From positions 32,001 through 96,000 of the forward strand of contig CAWEPK010000005.1 in the NCBI GenBank assembly GCA_963810935.1: DNA of 64,000 nt, given 5' to 3'. Positions 1 to 11,346 of the stretch are shown here, in pieces (position 1 is the first letter of the stretch; each line of letters begins with the position of its first letter). Source of the stretch: an uncultured delta proteobacterium. GTDB lineage: Bacteria; Desulfobacterota; Syntrophorhabdia; Syntrophorhabdales; WCHB1-27. A program made the position numbers and the translations under genes. The notes below the pieces were generated by a model. It was not told the DNA's origin, did no database searches, and worked only from the letters and a program-made list of their open reading frames with translations.

Positions 1-3
1 TGG

Positions 4-897
4 TCAATCGCATATTCCCGTCTTGAGAATAGCTTTCCGCATTTTAGGCCACGTATAATATATCAGGCCAAGCCTATCCAAAATCGCGGACGGCGTGATC
101 TTGAGAACTCGTAATAAGAACATGTCTTTGAACATCAGCGACTTTATATCGCTTATAAGTTTTGCATCAACTTTGATCTCACTTTTAATCATCACAAGCT
201 CATGTTGTCGCACCTTGATTCTCGATTCAATGACGTGTATTTTTCCCTCCTTGCCCCTGGTTAACCCACCGGTATGCTCGTAATAACGGACAAGAGGCTG
301 AAGAACGTATTCAAAAACTCCTTTCTTGCGCGCTACCGTGAGCCACATCGGCCAGTCATGGCACGCCGATACGGACAGGGGCACATAATCTTCCAAATAC
401 GATTTACGTACAACCACGGAAGAAGCTACTATGAAGTTCTTTCTTATCAGGTTACCGTAAACCTCCCCTCGATATGGCGTACCTAGCTCGTAACTCCTGA
501 ATGTGGTTTTCGACTGACGGAACATCTCTCCGCACACAAGTGCATCCGAATATACAAGCGCCGTATTCGGCGTGAACAATGCCATTTGTTTTTCCAATTT
601 ATCAGGGGACCACACATCATCAGAATCGCAGAAGGCTAGGAACTCTCCTCGTGCGACGCCTATACCGTTTGCTCTTGCGACGCCCACACCGCTGTTTGAT
701 TGGTATATGTACTTTAACGAGCCGTATTGCGCGAAGCCTTCGACCAGAGACCGGGTCTCGTCCGTCGAACCATCGTCTATCACTATCATCTCAAAATCCC
801 GAAATGTTTGATCAATGATGGATTGAAGCGTGCGGCCAAGGGTATCTGCCCGATTGTAAGTCGGTACAAGGATACTCACAAGCGGAGGTTGTTTCAT
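4..897 (-). CDS. Glycosyltransferase family 2
   Basis: VSILVPTYNR, VIDDGSTD, ARANG, FCDSDD motifs. Confidence 0.9.
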   Translation of the reverse strand: MKQPPLVSILVPTYNRADTLGRTLQSIIDQTFRDFEMIVIDDGSTDETRSLVEGFAQYGSLKYIYQSNSGVGVARANGIGVARGEFLAFCDSDDVWSPDKLEKQMALFTPNTALVYSDALVCGEMFRQSKTTFRSYELGTPYRGEVYGNLIRKNFIVASSVVVRKSYLEDYVPLSVSACHDWPMWLTVARKKGVFEYVLQPLVRYYEHTGGLTRGKEGKIHVIESRIKVRQHELVMIKSEIKVDAKLISDIKSLMFKDMFLLRVLKITPSAILDRLGLIYYTWPKMRKAILKTGICD

Positions 898-1185
898 TTC
901 TTTATTATCTCAAAGGCAAGACAGTTTGTCAAAACTATGAAAGCCACATCGTATTTCGTCTCTCCGCTCGAAGGCTATTTTTCCACTGAAAAAGATACTG
1001 ACTTAAGATTCTATCGAAAAGAAGGACCACCCGCCTCTTCTTCAAGGGCGGACGGATGGCATGATCTTGTGCGTTTACAACAAACGCCATCTCACGAACT
1101 TCCAGATCTGGTCCGCGTCCCTCCTTTGTCCCCTCACGAATAGGAGGGCCTCAACTTCTCACGGTAAGATAATAACGGTTTGACA

Positions 1186-2304
1186 TCAAAGCACATCATG
1201 ATAAAGCAGGGTCGGGGACCACATCGCAGAATCAAGGATACCGGCAGAGGAATGGGCCGCCCGCAGTGGCTTGACAACTAAATAAGGATTGAATTTCAAT
1301 CTGAACTTTCTCCTTTGATATGTCAGGGATTCGAAAGCTGTTGCAAACCCGAACTTGCCTGTTACCCGCCTTAAATCCGCCTCAGTCGGCCGGAACATAG
1401 TGATCCTATCACATTTCCTTCGTCGCAAGAATGTCATTGACACCGATATTGCGTCCTCGAGTATTTGCCTGCTTTGATTCTTTATTCCATAATCTACTAT
1501 CCGCCCGCTCTTCAATCCATGACGATCCCTCATAACGTCAACTACGACATACCAGACGAGCCTCCCTTGATCATTGCCTATCAGGTAGTGGAACGAGCTG
1601 CTCGGGTGGCGATCAACCCGCCATTCCATATACTTTTTAGACCGCACGAGCTCCACGACATCCCGGTTGTATAGATCATCCACTTGATTCATTATTTCCG
1701 GAAATGACCCAAATACATCGACACGTGTGTTTCCTGGGGCTCGGCCTTTACGTGCTCCCCGGCCAAATAGCTTAGCACAGAAACGACTCGTTGCTCCTCG
1801 TAAGGGGAGCTTAGGCAAAAAACGTTCTAAGACCCTTCGCCAGTTAACGACGTAGTTTAACCGTCTAATGGGTATAACCGGCTTCCAGCCACTCTTTAGA
1901 AAACCCGGCATCGAGTTCTCGTTCGGAAAACCAAAGACAAATTCACACCCGAGATCTTGATAACGGTTCTCTCCATACACTAAGAGCCGGGAAAAAATGC
2001 CTCTTCCTCGGTAAGCAGGATGGACTATTGTGTCAGATGACTGTACTGCCTTCACCTTCCTGCCGCCTATCATAAAGCATAAGGGCATGAAGCAATTTGA
2101 GCCCACTATTTTATCCCCGTCCACGGCAATTATGACATCGGGCTCACCCTCTGTAAAAGGATTCTCTAAGTGTTTCCACTGCCATTCCTGTTTTGAAACG
2201 TCAGACAACCCGATTAAGTGCAGAGATAGTACCTCGCCCAAAACCTGCTGACGGCTGGCCGTCTTAATGTCGATTCCATCCTTCAACTTTGTGTTATTGC
2301 CCAT
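1186..2304 (-). CDS. GNAT-family acetyltransferase (EPS-associated)
   Basis: DTIVHPAYRGRGIF acetyl-CoA motif, FGFPNENS; ATG at 2304 preferred over TTG at 2310. Confidence 0.8.
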   Translation of the reverse strand: MGNNTKLKDGIDIKTASRQQVLGEVLSLHLIGLSDVSKQEWQWKHLENPFTEGEPDVIIAVDGDKIVGSNCFMPLCFMIGGRKVKAVQSSDTIVHPAYRGRGIFSRLLVYGENRYQDLGCEFVFGFPNENSMPGFLKSGWKPVIPIRRLNYVVNWRRVLERFLPKLPLRGATSRFCAKLFGRGARKGRAPGNTRVDVFGSFPEIMNQVDDLYNRDVVELVRSKKYMEWRVDRHPSSSFHYLIGNDQGRLVWYVVVDVMRDRHGLKSGRIVDYGIKNQSRQILEDAISVSMTFLRRRKCDRITMFRPTEADLRRVTGKFGFATAFESLTYQRRKFRLKFNPYLVVKPLRAAHSSAGILDSAMWSPTLLYHDVL

Positions 2305-2332
2305 TGACAACCGTAACGGGACTGGTTATTAT
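2304..2332 (+). promoter_or_regulatory. Sigma70-type promoter of the deacetylase gene
   Basis: TTGACA (2304-2309), 17 nt, TATTAT (2327-2332); in-frame GTG 6 nt later. Confidence 0.65.
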
Positions 2333-2338
2333 GACCGC

Positions 2339-3322
2339 GTGAACGTCTCCTTTATTCCTTTTTTTAACAGGATTGTGGTCTTTGTTCACGCGGTGCCGTC
2401 TGTCGCCTGGTTTTCAGATCTGATCAAATTGCTGGGGACACTCTATCGTTTTGTTCCTTTTAAAGCCGTCGAGGACTTCTTCTATGACCCGCCTTTACGC
2501 AATCGCAGGTTCTGCCATATATCGTTTGACGACGGTGAAATCTCTGTGTACGAGAATGCATTTCCCGTCCTGAGACAACTGAATATCCCTGCGTCATTGT
2601 TTGTATCGCCGTCGATTGCCATGAACAGAACCAATTACTGGTTCCAAGAGATCAGGGGTATGGATAAAGAGCTTCTGAGAAAAGCAGTAAGTGATGCGAC
2701 ACAATGCAGCTTTAGCGCTATCGCAAAACACTCCGTCACTTCGCTTCTTAAGTCTATGACTATTGCTGATATTCAAAGCATTATCGATCAAGTACGGAAA
2801 CTCAGCCCTGCATCAGCGGTTCCCTGTAATATGTCGGAAGAGCAGCTGCTCGATTTGCAGAAATCAGGATTGTTTACAATCGGCGCCCACACAATGAACC
2901 ACCCTATTCTGAGCAATGAGCCACATGAAACCGCAAGGTTTGAGATCGTTGAATCAATACGGGGACTATCTGCCCTGTTGAATACCCGGGTCACTAGTTT
3001 TGCCTACCCCAACGGCGTTCCTGGAGTTGATTTCGGAAGGAGAGAAATAGATATACTGAAGGAAGAGGGCATAACAATAGCATTTAGCACCAGAAATAAG
3101 TGGATAGACAAGACGGACGATCCGCTTGCTGTTCCAAGAGTGGGCGTACTTTACAGTAGAGAGAGCCTGTTACCCGGCAAAATCATACTGGGACCTGTCT
3201 GGGAAAAAGCAAAGCGCATTATCAGGAGAATGACCCTAAGTCCGGCTGAAGATACAGAAAGAGCCGAGATACGGAGCATTATGTCGAGCAACAATCGGAA
3301 AAAAGGGCCTCAAGTTTCTTAA
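2339..3322 (+). CDS. Polysaccharide deacetylase (NodB/CE4)
   Basis: ISFDDG, GAHTMNHP, FAYPNG motifs; start placed at GTG 2339 from promoter position. Confidence 0.85.
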   Translation: MNVSFIPFFNRIVVFVHAVPSVAWFSDLIKLLGTLYRFVPFKAVEDFFYDPPLRNRRFCHISFDDGEISVYENAFPVLRQLNIPASLFVSPSIAMNRTNYWFQEIRGMDKELLRKAVSDATQCSFSAIAKHSVTSLLKSMTIADIQSIIDQVRKLSPASAVPCNMSEEQLLDLQKSGLFTIGAHTMNHPILSNEPHETARFEIVESIRGLSALLNTRVTSFAYPNGVPGVDFGRREIDILKEEGITIAFSTRNKWIDKTDDPLAVPRVGVLYSRESLLPGKIILGPVWEKAKRIIRRMTLSPAEDTERAEIRSIMSSNNRKKGPQVS

Positions 3323-4388
3323 TATTCTCCTTGATATCGAATTTTTCTGCAATAAGCCCAAAGCTGTTCTCGGCAAATAGCTCGCTTTTACTCCGGTCGT
3401 TTAGCAAATTCAGTATCTTACGTGCAAGTTCTTCCCATTCACGGGGGCGTACGAGAAAACCGTTTTTGCCATCTTCTATCACTTCGGGGATACCACCGAC
3501 GCTTGAAGCTATTGCCGGTGTCTTTAATGCCATGGCCTCAAGTATGGCCGTAGGAAGACCCTCTCTGATGGAAGGGAGAACAAAAAGATCGGCTTCGGCT
3601 ACCCGTGCATACGGGACACAAACGCCGGGCATGTGAACATTGTCCTCTATGCCGAGTTCTTTCGCGTATTCAGCGAGAGAGGCCCGCTCTGCACCCTCCC
3701 CCAGGATTTCAAGTTGACAATCGGGGTAAGATTTGACCACATCCTTCAAAGCCCTGAGAAGGAATCGGTGACCTTTGATGGAACGAAGGCTTCCTACCGA
3801 CACGATTGTCGGCTTTCTTTTATCGGTGCGGTCGCGAGACACTTGAAATTCCCTGATAGCCTCAAAATCAATCGAATTATAGATTACCTTGACTCTGTCC
3901 TCGGCGATCCCGAAGTTGGAAATAAGGTCCTGCTTTGACGCCTCGCAGGGCGCCACTATGCAGTCGATGCTGCCATACCTGTTTCGGAGCCATAGCTTCA
4001 ATATGGGCGCCAGGCGTGATTCCGTAAGCTGCTGCGAGAGTATGGTCTCTTCATTGGCTACGTGTTTGGGCCGTTTGTTGCCGGATAGTTTTACGGCCAG
4101 GGACGCTACGCTGCTTGCATAGTCCACTCTGCTGTATAGTATATCCGGCTTTTCCTCACGTATCACGCGGGCGAGCTTTAAGACAAGGCTGCCTATGCTC
4201 CAGCGGCTCTTCTTTTCCAGATCATATATTTTGATGTTCGCCGGAACGGTTTCTGAGGTTTCATTGAAAAGGCACAATGCGGTGGAAAACCGTGATGCCG
4301 GCAAATTGTGAAGCACCAGGGCCATCTGTCTTTCCGCTCCGCCATACCCTATGCCGCCCGGCATCACGCATAACACTTTCATGGCCAT
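3279..4388 (-). CDS. Glycosyltransferase family 4
   Basis: GGAER, KGHRFLL, EGLPTAILEAM motifs. Confidence 0.9.
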   Translation of the reverse strand: MAMKVLCVMPGGIGYGGAERQMALVLHNLPASRFSTALCLFNETSETVPANIKIYDLEKKSRWSIGSLVLKLARVIREEKPDILYSRVDYASSVASLAVKLSGNKRPKHVANEETILSQQLTESRLAPILKLWLRNRYGSIDCIVAPCEASKQDLISNFGIAEDRVKVIYNSIDFEAIREFQVSRDRTDKRKPTIVSVGSLRSIKGHRFLLRALKDVVKSYPDCQLEILGEGAERASLAEYAKELGIEDNVHMPGVCVPYARVAEADLFVLPSIREGLPTAILEAMALKTPAIASSVGGIPEVIEDGKNGFLVRPREWEELARKILNLLNDRSKSELFAENSFGLIAEKFDIKENIKKLEALFSDCCST

Positions 4389-4456
4389 TCGAAACGCCTT
4401 TTTCTTAATTCATTGGCTTTATTCGTTGTAGCCCATCTTAACAATGGGGTAGGCTA

Positions 4457-5275
4457 TCATTTTACCGCCGCATACAAACAACCTGTAAAGACAACGTCAG
4501 CAACATATTTGAGAAATTTACTCCTCCTTACCACTCTGAGCGGCAAATTGTATCTCCCCATATTCGAATCCTCCGCCAGGATGTCCCACCGGTCAAATAC
4601 TTTTCTAAAGCCGTGCTCAAAAAGCAGCCGTCGTCCTTTGGCGGGCGTAAACCAATTGATGGCCGGCGTATCTGTATATCCGACCAGCTCGGGTCTATTC
4701 AATTTTGCCCAATTCATTATCTTCAGCTTGAGAGGGTTGGGATACCATCCGAAAAAAGGGAAACCACTGATTTCAGCTTGCTTAGGGCACATCGCGCTCG
4801 CCGCGTTGAACACGAAAACACCCCCTGGCTTGAGCACCCTATAGACTTCCACAAAGGCTTTCTCGACGTCGTTTACATGCTCTATTACAGACATTGCAAT
4901 TACGAAATCGAAGCTATCAGCTTTGAATGGCACTGCCTCCACCACGCCACCCGCCATCTCTATAGTTATTCCCATATAATCCGACAACCGTTTGGCGTTA
5001 TGACGGGCCATATCAACCGGCTCGAGACCGACGCAACGATAACCCAGTTCCCGGCTGGCTATAAGGAACTCTCCCTGTGCAGCGCCAACCTCCAGTATGA
5101 CTATGTTTGGGCATGAGGGCTTCAGAATACCCAAGCGCGAGATCATCTTTTCAGCTACATGCCTTTTGGCCTGCAAGCCTTCGAGGATTTCGTCGAAGCT
5201 CCTTTTTTCCTTTGCGAAACATTTCTTTACAGGTGCTCCGGAAGCCGCCCGTTTTGTCGTTCTCATAACCATCAT
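4457..5275 (-). CDS. Class I SAM-dependent methyltransferase
   Basis: ILEVGAAQG, SFDFV, VIEHV, RVLKPGG. Confidence 0.85.
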   Translation of the reverse strand: MMVMRTTKRAASGAPVKKCFAKEKRSFDEILEGLQAKRHVAEKMISRLGILKPSCPNIVILEVGAAQGEFLIASRELGYRCVGLEPVDMARHNAKRLSDYMGITIEMAGGVVEAVPFKADSFDFVIAMSVIEHVNDVEKAFVEVYRVLKPGGVFVFNAASAMCPKQAEISGFPFFGWYPNPLKLKIMNWAKLNRPELVGYTDTPAINWFTPAKGRRLLFEHGFRKVFDRWDILAEDSNMGRYNLPLRVVRRSKFLKYVADVVFTGCLYAAVK

Positions 5276-5385
5276 CTCCTTCCGAGGGGAGGATCTACAA
5301 GGTACATCTGTTGGGCGTGGTTTTTACGAGTGGGCGCGATCTCAATACTCCTTTGAAATGGTCGGCTTTCAAAGGAATGCATCCG

Positions 5386-6756
5386 TCAACCAACCCGTCT
5401 TATAAGATGTCTGTAGTTTGGGGAATAACCTAAATGAGCCGCCTTTGAAAAACCTGAATGAGACATGTCCGCATCTGCTCGTTTCAGCGAAGAGCGTATG
5501 CTCTTCGATAAAACCACTCCTGCCGGTATCCACACGAACCATTGAAAGAGCGCGTTTGTCTCCGAAAAACCGATAACGAGCGTGCACACAAAGTAAGCCG
5601 AATACGCCAATACGAAGTTCTTCTCGATACCGGGCTGCGAAGACCTGTAGGCCCTGCGAAGAGCTTTAAGAAGGCTTAAGATAAGGCACAGAAAAACTGT
5701 CCAGCCCAGAAAGCCCGTTTCGAGAAGAAGTCTGACATGGTCGCTTTGAGTATATGCGGTGAAATTGCTCAGCCCACGACCCAGAAATGGATGATCCATG
5801 ACGAGAGGCAGCATGATGCTCCAGGCGCCAATCCTCCCACTGAAGGTCAAGTTACCCGTACCAAATTCTCCAAGACGCATTGACTCTAACGGCACAACAA
5901 GCAGCACGAACAATGCCAGGAGGGGCACCGCCAGGAGCAGACCCTTATTTCTCTTCAGGCCAATAACCATAATGCCCGCCATTACGCCGAACCATGACGA
6001 CCTTGTATAAGTGAGAAACAAAAAGAAAAACAATAATACAACGCAAGATGCAAAAAATAACCGGCGTTGTTGCCTCATTTTTCTGTCCATGGCCATTGTA
6101 ATACATAAGAGCAAAGGAAAAGTGAGATACGATGCGAGTTCCACTGGATTGCCAAACGTGCCCATGATCCTATTGTAATGCTCCCACGATGGAACATCGG
6201 CAAGGAAGCCGGCGTGGAAGACGATCTGATATATACCCAGCGCCAGCGGAATCACCAGGGACAAAAGCAGAACTTTTATGAATCGGGCTATGTTTTTCTC
6301 TCCCGTAAACGTAAGCCCTGCAAGTATATAAATAAAAATGAAGCTGCCGATTCTGTTCCATTCCTTTATTGCTGACACGTAGTCCGTAGTCCTTGGCACG
6401 AACTTGCTGAGCCAACCTATCCTCAGCCCCGCGTTGCCTGGAGCTAATATGATACTTATGCCCATGACCAGCCAGAGAGCCGTGAAGACCTGCACAGCAG
6501 GCATTTTTGAGAGCCTCACCTTCGATGACACCACCATCCACATGCCGGCCAGGAGCATCATCGTCTGCAGCGGCCCACCCAAGGCAATCGTTGCTGCGGA
6601 GCCTGGGATGGCCATGGTCATTCTCATGAGTGGCTGAAGTGCGGGCATCGCAAGCACGTAAAGCAGAAGACCCGCATTTGCATTTATCAAAAGCAGAATA
6701 GCCAAAAAGAAGCCGAAAGGGATGCCGATAACCCATACCCAGACGTCGTGCATCAA
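5386..6756 (-). CDS. O-antigen ligase / Wzy polymerase family membrane protein
   Basis: Polytopic; RIMGTFGNP, TYTRSSW, HPFLGRG, ETGFLG. Confidence 0.85.
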   Translation of the reverse strand: MMHDVWVWVIGIPFGFFLAILLLINANAGLLLYVLAMPALQPLMRMTMAIPGSAATIALGGPLQTMMLLAGMWMVVSSKVRLSKMPAVQVFTALWLVMGISIILAPGNAGLRIGWLSKFVPRTTDYVSAIKEWNRIGSFIFIYILAGLTFTGEKNIARFIKVLLLSLVIPLALGIYQIVFHAGFLADVPSWEHYNRIMGTFGNPVELASYLTFPLLLCITMAMDRKMRQQRRLFFASCVVLLFFFLFLTYTRSSWFGVMAGIMVIGLKRNKGLLLAVPLLALFVLLVVPLESMRLGEFGTGNLTFSGRIGAWSIMLPLVMDHPFLGRGLSNFTAYTQSDHVRLLLETGFLGWTVFLCLILSLLKALRRAYRSSQPGIEKNFVLAYSAYFVCTLVIGFSETNALFQWFVWIPAGVVLSKSIRSSLKRADADMSHSGFSKAAHLGYSPNYRHLIRRVG

Positions 6757-6795
6757 TCCCTCTCAGGCAGCCCAATGGCGGCAGAGCGCAACAAG

Positions 6796-7737
6796 CTATA
6801 GCATTCCTTTATTGCGGGCCAGTTTCTGAAATAGCATCTTGGGCGGCAGGAACGAAAAACTATGCCTCATAACATTCTTGCACGCCCGAATCCATACCTT
6901 CTTCTTGTCATCTCCCCTCCTGAAGTGCCAGGCCAGATAGAGCAAAAAATGGAGTCCAAACGTATAAGCCCTGAATATCATTTCAACGGCACGGCCGTAT
7001 TGTCTCCCAATCAGAAGAGAGGTTCCCCGCAGGGCCACGGGCAAGATGATATCATGGATCGGTCCCGCCGTACCCGCATGTTGATGAATAAGGGTTCCGG
7101 CCGTGTTTACGTAAATACCGTAATTCTTCTTTTCCGCCTCTACGGATAAAGCAACATCTTCGGGGCAGAAAAAATAATCTTCACAAAAGAAACCCAAATC
7201 TGCAAGCGTATCTCTTCTAACCATGAAACAGCACCCCGTTAAGCCTTCCGTTTTAAAGATCGTCATGTTTTTTGGGCGGGGTGTCTTTCTGCATAAATCC
7301 ATTCCCCCGGGCGTTCCCAGCAAGAACCAGGTTAGCAGTCCATACCGCTCTCTGCCACACGTCTGGACATTACCGTCGCCATATAGAACAACAGGCGATA
7401 CGAAATGAGCGTCAGGCACGCTTTCAAAGGTCTTTATCAGTATGTCTATTGTGTTGTCGACAAAAAAGGTATCATCGTTCAAAACAAGGCAGTACCTGCC
7501 CTGCGAGTTCTTCAGCGCGAGATTATGGTTTTCCGCATAGCCTCTGATTTCATTGCTTTCAATAATCCTTACGTCAGGGAAGGCATTTCGTAAGGCTATT
7601 AGATTTTCGGGAGTGAAACGATACGCCACAACAATGATCTCATAATCAATACCGTCGCCGTACTTTTGCAAAGACGTGATGCATCTTGACAGGTTCGGTA
7701 GCTGATTATACGACACTATTGAGATACTTAAGTCCAT
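6796..7737 (-). CDS. Glycosyltransferase family 2
   Basis: LSISIVSYN, GYAENHN, VLNDD, GCCFMVRR, EDV. Confidence 0.85.
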   Translation of the reverse strand: MDLSISIVSYNQLPNLSRCITSLQKYGDGIDYEIIVVAYRFTPENLIALRNAFPDVRIIESNEIRGYAENHNLALKNSQGRYCLVLNDDTFFVDNTIDILIKTFESVPDAHFVSPVVLYGDGNVQTCGRERYGLLTWFLLGTPGGMDLCRKTPRPKNMTIFKTEGLTGCCFMVRRDTLADLGFFCEDYFFCPEDVALSVEAEKKNYGIYVNTAGTLIHQHAGTAGPIHDIILPVALRGTSLLIGRQYGRAVEMIFRAYTFGLHFLLYLAWHFRRGDDKKKVWIRACKNVMRHSFSFLPPKMLFQKLARNKGML

Positions 7738-8735
7738 TCAATCTTCTCTTCGCAAGTAAAAACAGGCGGTGTCGCCCTCATTCCTGTCGTTCAACTCCCT
7801 GGCTCTTACACGAAACTCATCCAACTCGTCTCTCGAGAAAAATCCTTTCAGTGCTTCCTCACCACCAACTCCTAAATTCACCTTGATAGAGATATGCCCC
7901 GCGAATAGAGTTCGCTTGCCCAGAATTGGAAGTCAGTCGAGTCGTAAATAATATTCTCTATGCTGAACTCCGTTTGTTTAGCTAGAATCGTCATACTCTC
8001 AGTTGAATGTAAGAACAAGTGCCGCGGAGCATCCAGGGCGACCCAATTAGTCCGGTACTTACGCCAGGCGTATGACCTGCTCACCGGGATGCGTATCAAG
8101 ACATAGTGTCCGGGTCTGAGAATGCGATGTATCTCCTGAAGGATTTCAAATGGATTGGGCATATGCTCGAAGGAATGACTGAGGAGAACGAAATCATACG
8201 AACCTGAAACGTCGCTCAAGTCGCTACGGTAAATTTTAATACCGTCCTTGTAAATAACATCTTTGTCTACGTATTGATCGATACCGGCAAGGCTCGTAAA
8301 ACCGACCTCTTTTAGGTCAAGGAGAAAATCCCCGTTGCCGCAGCCAACGTCCAGTATCGAGTCGCCGAAATCTACTTTTGCATTCTTTAACCATTCACAA
8401 TAGGCTGGGAAACCATACATCTTCGAGAGAATCCTTCCAAGGGAACCTGCCCCATGCAAAGCATATTTCATCCTTTGCTTTTTCAAAGCACGTCTCAGGA
8501 AGTTATTGCTCCGCTCCCTATTAGCAAAAGAATAGTAGTTCGCAGGATAGTAATCAGAAAGACGCTCCGGGACGGTCTCAATTTGAAGGCACCCGCACCC
8601 GGCACATTCGAAGTACGTAAATTCATCGCCACGTCCGAACATCATTTCTCGCCCTACATATCGCTTATTGCCATGCATGCTACCGCATATCCTGCAAACG
8701 GGCATGCCCTCTATTTGAGATAGGTCTTTTTCCAC
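7738..8735 (-). CDS. SAM-dependent methyltransferase with N-terminal Zn ribbon; frameshift near 7880-7900
   Basis: CRICGS...CAGCGC, ILDVGCGNG, DAPRHL; C-terminus (ARELNDRNEGDTACFYL) continues in another frame to TGA at 7738, abutting the next ATG. Confidence 0.75.
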
Positions 8736-8849
8736 GTATGTCTCCGTTGCTACTTTATAAGCGTCGCTGATATCCCGAGCAACTAAGTACTTAGAGGTTG
8801 CAACGCCGTCAAAAACGGTGACGACTCCCTCTGGAAGATAATCGTAAAT

Positions 8850-10136
8850 TCACCCAAATTGTTCTTCCTTCGCTCGGCTTGCTTCGGGGACCGATACTCG
8901 GCCATATCTGCGCCAGCAGAAATAACCGGCAATCGAAAGTATGATTCCTTGTGAAACAAAGTTAACGAGGGCGGCAGCTATCGCTCCGTACCGCGGAATA
9001 AAATACACGTTGCCACATAGACTGAAGACTGCACCAGTAAAGCTGGCTATCACAAAGAGTTTGTCGCGACCCGACGCCATTATCCCCCATGCGAAAACGT
9101 CGCTGATTAACAATTCAATCTTCGAAACGAATAGAATTAGAAAAGGCCATGTTGAGGCGCTGAATCGAGGGCCAAAAAGAAGGTTAACCAAGCGCGGACC
9201 TATGGCAAACATAGCTCCTGCTACAACAGATCCCACGCATAGGTACAACAGGCCTATCTTTTTCTGCCTGTGCCAGATTTGCTGCGGGTTCTGTTTAAGC
9301 CAGACTACAAATCTTGGATAGAGCAACATTCCGGAGGTGGCTGTCAAAAAAGATAGCGGAGCAATCAGAGAAGTTGCAGCTCGATATACCCCGGCCTGCT
9401 CGAAGCTGGCAAATCGGGCCAGCAATATCATGTCTAACTGGACATAAGCGAACACCGTGCATACTACTGCAAATGCCCATCTGCTTTCATACAACAGCGC
9501 TTTAACCTCACTATAATCAAAACGACCAAAGATAGAGGCACTTGTTCGTCTTCGTACGTACCTCCATGTGAGACACAGGCCGACAACGTTCGAAACGGCC
9601 AGTACCGCTATATCGGAGCCGGCAGGCATTCCGGGCCGAAAGAAAGATACATACGCTGCCGCCGCCACGAAAGACGTAAGGCACATAACGCGATTTTGAA
9701 CGGGAAGTTCTTCCAGACCCTGCAAAATCCATCCTGTATTTATGGCAGAGGTGAACATAAAAAATGCGCCCATCAGCCACGCCATGCCGAACGGTAATCT
9801 ACTGAGCAATAAGTAAATACTATAGAATACCCATAAGACAAACATGCATGCGCCTATACGCCACCGCAGGCCTACAATTACTTCTATTGTTTCCTTCGCC
9901 CTCTCTTTCGCGCCTGCTATCTTCCTGGTGCCAACAATATCAAGGCCGAGGTTAACGAATAGAGAACATGCAGCGGAGGTGGCGAGGATAAGGCCGGAAA
10001 CACCCAAATTCTTTGGCCCCATGCATCGTACCATCCAGGCAGTCGTGAGGAAGTTTATAGCCTTCATCACTACCTGCCAGCCGACCAATTCTGTCGCCTG
10101 ACGAAAAACATTATTCTTAATAACAGCGCGTATCAT
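8850..10136 (-). CDS. Wzx-type polysaccharide flippase
   Basis: Polytopic; D.ILL...AGVYRAA and IPRYGAIAAA motifs. Confidence 0.85.
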   Translation of the reverse strand: MIRAVIKNNVFRQATELVGWQVVMKAINFLTTAWMVRCMGPKNLGVSGLILATSAACSLFVNLGLDIVGTRKIAGAKERAKETIEVIVGLRWRIGACMFVLWVFYSIYLLLSRLPFGMAWLMGAFFMFTSAINTGWILQGLEELPVQNRVMCLTSFVAAAAYVSFFRPGMPAGSDIAVLAVSNVVGLCLTWRYVRRRTSASIFGRFDYSEVKALLYESRWAFAVVCTVFAYVQLDMILLARFASFEQAGVYRAATSLIAPLSFLTATSGMLLYPRFVVWLKQNPQQIWHRQKKIGLLYLCVGSVVAGAMFAIGPRLVNLLFGPRFSASTWPFLILFVSKIELLISDVFAWGIMASGRDKLFVIASFTGAVFSLCGNVYFIPRYGAIAAALVNFVSQGIILSIAGYFCWRRYGRVSVPEASRAKEEQFG

Positions 10137-10199
10137 AATCTATATTCTATATACAATCACCGAGTAGCTGATTGCAGTCGGATTCGACCGTGAGTACTA

Positions 10200-11273
10200 T
10201 CAATCCGACTGTGACAGGTGTCGCAGGATATCGGCGACGACAATTTTCGGTGTATACTTCGATTCGAAAGTGGCTATGTTGGCCTGACTGAGCTTTGCCT
10301 GTCTTTCCGGGTCCTCCAGCAGCTTGCAGGCCTCTTCAGCGATATGCTCGGGACCCTCGAAGCAAAACTGCTCGTCAAAGTATTCGTTCTTATACAGGGC
10401 TTGCTCGTTATTGTAAAGTTTTTCACCAACAATAGGAAGGCCAAGCGCCAGCAGCTCGCCCAGTTTAAAAGAAAGGCAGTCATACACCCCTCGCACGTAA
10501 ATACCTATTCTAGCCCGAGACATAAGACGAAGGTAGGAATAGTGACGCATAGGATCGACCCTGAGATCGTCAAGACCATCCGGCAGTTTTTGCGCGCTGA
10601 GCAGGCCGACAATCCCGTTCAGATTCCTCTTCCTGATCTCGCGTACAAGTAGGTAGCGATCTTGATTAATATCTGAATCAAAATTCTCGTAAAAGCGTAT
10701 TAAAAATAACAGATCGAGATCTTTGACGCTTCCGCGCCATGCCCTAAACTGGTCCAGTTTTCTCAGACTCAGCATCGTTTTAAACCTTCTGACAGCGCTG
10801 TTTAGGGGCCATTGCATACGGCTGGAGGGAAGTGCACGGGGCCAGAAAAGCCATGGCTTTGGCGGTTGCAGAGGAAAGACAATAGGTACCGGAACAATCT
10901 TTTCTTTGAATGGCTGAAGATATTGATTGTCGTTTACTACGGTTTCTTTAAAATTGACTTTGAAATATAGTTTTACCTGATTAAGAAGAGGGAGATGATA
11001 CTCGGAGCCAAGGTTGCTGTCTTTAGTGTCGATGCAGAAAAAGAACTCGTCCTCTCCCGCCCTTGCACGAAACAACATAATCGAGGACAAGATTTTCCTG
11101 CATTCCTCAGACAACTTCATCTCCTCAAGAAGCCCCGGCATCTTTCTGGAAATGGACATCCGGTACCCAAGCTCTTCGCTGTTTTCAAGAAACCCGGCAA
11201 GAAAGAAACTGGAGTAATTTAGATCACTGAAGTCGTAGAAAGTGATTCTATCAATGCGCCCCTTTTTCAGCAA
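10200..11273 (-). CDS. Putative GT-B glycosyltransferase-like protein
   Basis: C-terminal YLRLMSRARIGI...SFKLGELLALGLPIV; cluster context. Confidence 0.55.
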   Translation of the reverse strand: MLKKGRIDRITFYDFSDLNYSSFFLAGFLENSEELGYRMSISRKMPGLLEEMKLSEECRKILSSIMLFRARAGEDEFFFCIDTKDSNLGSEYHLPLLNQVKLYFKVNFKETVVNDNQYLQPFKEKIVPVPIVFPLQPPKPWLFWPRALPSSRMQWPLNSAVRRFKTMLSLRKLDQFRAWRGSVKDLDLLFLIRFYENFDSDINQDRYLLVREIRKRNLNGIVGLLSAQKLPDGLDDLRVDPMRHYSYLRLMSRARIGIYVRGVYDCLSFKLGELLALGLPIVGEKLYNNEQALYKNEYFDEQFCFEGPEHIAEEACKLLEDPERQAKLSQANIATFESKYTPKIVVADILRHLSQSD

Positions 11274-11346
11274 ATGTTACCTCCCTGCCTCGGTCTTTCG
11301 TGAGTCGGACCACGCTAACTCGTAGTTATTTAAATTACATGTCTGC

